Virus record (IMG/VR): IMGVR_UViG_3300032318_001091 | Location: 1-24,936 of that record | Reading direction: 5' to 3' (one strand) | DNA: 24,936 nt | Source: a virus | Taxonomy: Duplodnaviria > Caudoviricetes | In this document: piece by piece, positions 23,586 to 24,936 of the stretch | Layout: the number at the start of each line of letters is the position of its first letter | Position numbering within the stretch: the first letter of the stretch is position 1 | Program-made: the position numbers and the translations under genes | Notes under the pieces: generated by a model | What the model was told of the DNA's origin: nothing | Databases searched by the model: none | What the model saw: the letters and a program-made list of their open reading frames with translations, nothing else

Positions 23586-23663
23586 TTAAAATCTAATCTC
23601 ATCGTCGGCCCAGTCGTAAATATCCCAGCCGAAATTATCTTGCAGGAATTGGCGCAGGGTCAT
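23586..23663 (-). CDS. 25-aa acidic/aromatic peptide MTLRQFLQDNFGWDIYDWADDEIRF
   Basis: Translated by hand (below the ORF-track cutoff); ATGA overlap with the upstream 38-aa ORF; fills the operon gap. Confidence 0.55.
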   Translation of the reverse strand: MTLRQFLQDNFGWDIYDWADDEIRF

Positions 23664-23776
23664 TTGCGTAGCGCCGTAATGATTATCGACAAACACACTG
23701 TCAGAAGCCACACAAAGACGAAGAGCGCCAAGCCGCGCCATACGCTGACGGCAAACCAGTCAAGTATGTCTGTCAT
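23660..23776 (-). CDS. 38-aa single-pass membrane peptide MTDILDWFAVSVWRGLALFVFVWLLTVCLSIIITALRK
   Basis: Translated by hand; ATGA overlap with the upstream gene; purine-rich SD GGAGAAGGGG; about 20-residue hydrophobic helix with a basic C-terminus. Confidence 0.65.
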   Translation of the reverse strand: MTDILDWFAVSVWRGLALFVFVWLLTVCLSIIITALRK

Positions 23777-24141
23777 TGCCCCTTCTCCCGTATCTCCAGC
23801 CCACGCGCTTCCAGTGCGGCGCGGAGTTCGTCGGCGTCTATCAAAGATGCACCGGATATATCGTCCAGCACCTCAACCAGCGGGTCAGGCTTGGGCTTGG
23901 GGATGATGAGCGGGTCGAGCATCGCAGCACCCCAACTGGTAACTGCGCAACTCTCAATGACTTTCCCCACCTTGTCGCTCACCTCTTGCTTAAAGGCTTC
24001 GTGCTGTTCGATGGCGCGGCATAGGGTTTCGAGGACAGGCCCGTAACCCTTTCTGTCTCCAACTTCTTTCCAAATAGGCTGCCCGCGCTCCGCCCGAACA
24101 TCATTCACCAGCGCCACTGCTTGTTCTTCAATGTCAGTCAT
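23773..24141 (-). CDS. Hypothetical early protein (122 aa)
   Basis: SD GAGGAG; co-oriented and tightly packed. Confidence 0.75.
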   Translation of the reverse strand: MTDIEEQAVALVNDVRAERGQPIWKEVGDRKGYGPVLETLCRAIEQHEAFKQEVSDKVGKVIESCAVTSWGAAMLDPLIIPKPKPDPLVEVLDDISGASLIDADELRAALEARGLEIREKGQ

Positions 24142-24155
24142 CTACTCAATCTCCT

Positions 24156-24485
24156 CTACGCCAAGTCGCCCAATATGCGGTTAGCTATCCCGTCAATCCT
24201 ACGCATGGCGGCGCGCAGCCCCGTCAGGCTCTTGAAGCCGATAGCCTCACGCGCAATGACGCTAATCTCCTCCAGCGCCTCCAGCTCCGCCTCGGCGACG
24301 TAGTTGACTGGCTTCTCGCGATGCACGGTGCCTAGCGGTACGCTGTACCGCGTGTAGGCCACCCATGACGGGTCTTTGCCAGCGTGGCTTGGCGCGTTGG
24401 GCGCTATGCCCCAAGGCATGCCGGGCACCCAGTGCGGGGGCTGTTCACCTACTCGACGGGGCACCCATGTCTCATACTCGGTCAA
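24156..24485 (-). CDS. Hypothetical early protein (109 aa, TTG start)
   Basis: SD AAGGAG upstream; Pro/Trp-rich N-terminal half and helical C-terminal half. Confidence 0.65.
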   Translation of the reverse strand: MTEYETWVPRRVGEQPPHWVPGMPWGIAPNAPSHAGKDPSWVAYTRYSVPLGTVHREKPVNYVAEAELEALEEISVIAREAIGFKSLTGLRAAMRRIDGIANRILGDLA

Positions 24486-24518
24486 TTATATTCTCCTTTA
24501 ATTCTATGCGGGTCGGTG

Positions 24519-24800
24519 TCACAGCTCTCCGGCGAGGATGCGCCGGACGAGCGTCTGCGGGTCAACCCAGTTTTCAAAATAAGCCTTCGCGCCCTCATTG
24601 CCGTGCGCTTCTTCCGCCGCGAGGAACAGCTCGTTGTCGACGGCGCGCAGCGCGTTGACGTCCTCGCCGTAATATTCGAGATAGTCGTCACGACCGTACA
24701 AGCACGAGCGCGACGGCACTTTCACAATGCGGTACGCTGGCGGGTTGTTGCGGATGCGCTCGATGATGGCAGGTACGCGGGGGTCGGTTAGGTAGGACAT
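24519..24800 (-). CDS. Hypothetical early protein (93 aa)
   Basis: Start re-assigned to ATG 24800 (TAAGGAG 6 nt upstream, within element 3). Confidence 0.72.
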   Translation of the reverse strand: MSYLTDPRVPAIIERIRNNPPAYRIVKVPSRSCLYGRDDYLEYYGEDVNALRAVDNELFLAAEEAHGNEGAKAYFENWVDPQTLVRRILAGEL

Positions 24801-24806
24801 TGGTAT

Positions 24807-24868
24807 CTCCTTAGTTGCTGATATGGCCACCCGTAGACTATGCAAGCGGAGGTTGCAATACCTAATTT
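24807..24868 (-). promoter_or_regulatory. Conserved promoter/operator plus leader element 3
   Basis: Minus strand: aaattaggta TTGCAA cctccgc TTGCAT N16 TATCAGCAAC ta AGGAG. Confidence 0.75.
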
Positions 24869-24936
24869 ACATCCGCGCGCAAACATCCGAGGGTGCGCAG
24901 GGGTCCGCCTCGAACCTCATCCCTCTTCTTTGGTGA

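Overview
About 25 kb of a tailed dsDNA phage genome with podovirus-like (P22/APSE/BPP-1-type) organisation. The host is probably an alphaproteobacterium, since the window carries a GapR/DUF2312 gene and I found no GANTC site. The + strand (1-12742) is a late virion module: the 3' end of a tail fibre with an S74 intramolecular chaperone, a gp38-like tip adhesin, a tail hub/nozzle, and five putative ejected or internal virion proteins. The - strand (24800 to 12739) is an early/replication module: small early genes, a Cro-like HTH, primase-helicase, DUF2800 nuclease, DUF2815 SSB, GapR, PolA, a small amino-methyltransferase, VRR-NUC and an SNF2 helicase. Two candidate undescribed systems stand out. 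(1) A putative ejection protein (3274-5709) carries five TonB-box-like motifs spaced every 47-58 residues, suggesting TonB-powered ratcheted import. (2) A putative RNA regulatory circuit: three intergenic elements share TTGCAA-N7-TTGCAT plus a TATCAGCAAC-SD leader, and a double hairpin at 17631-17754 displays the antisense of that leader and Shine-Dalgarno in its loop. A manual scan also found no GATC. Family assignments come from motif recognition only; no database searches were run.
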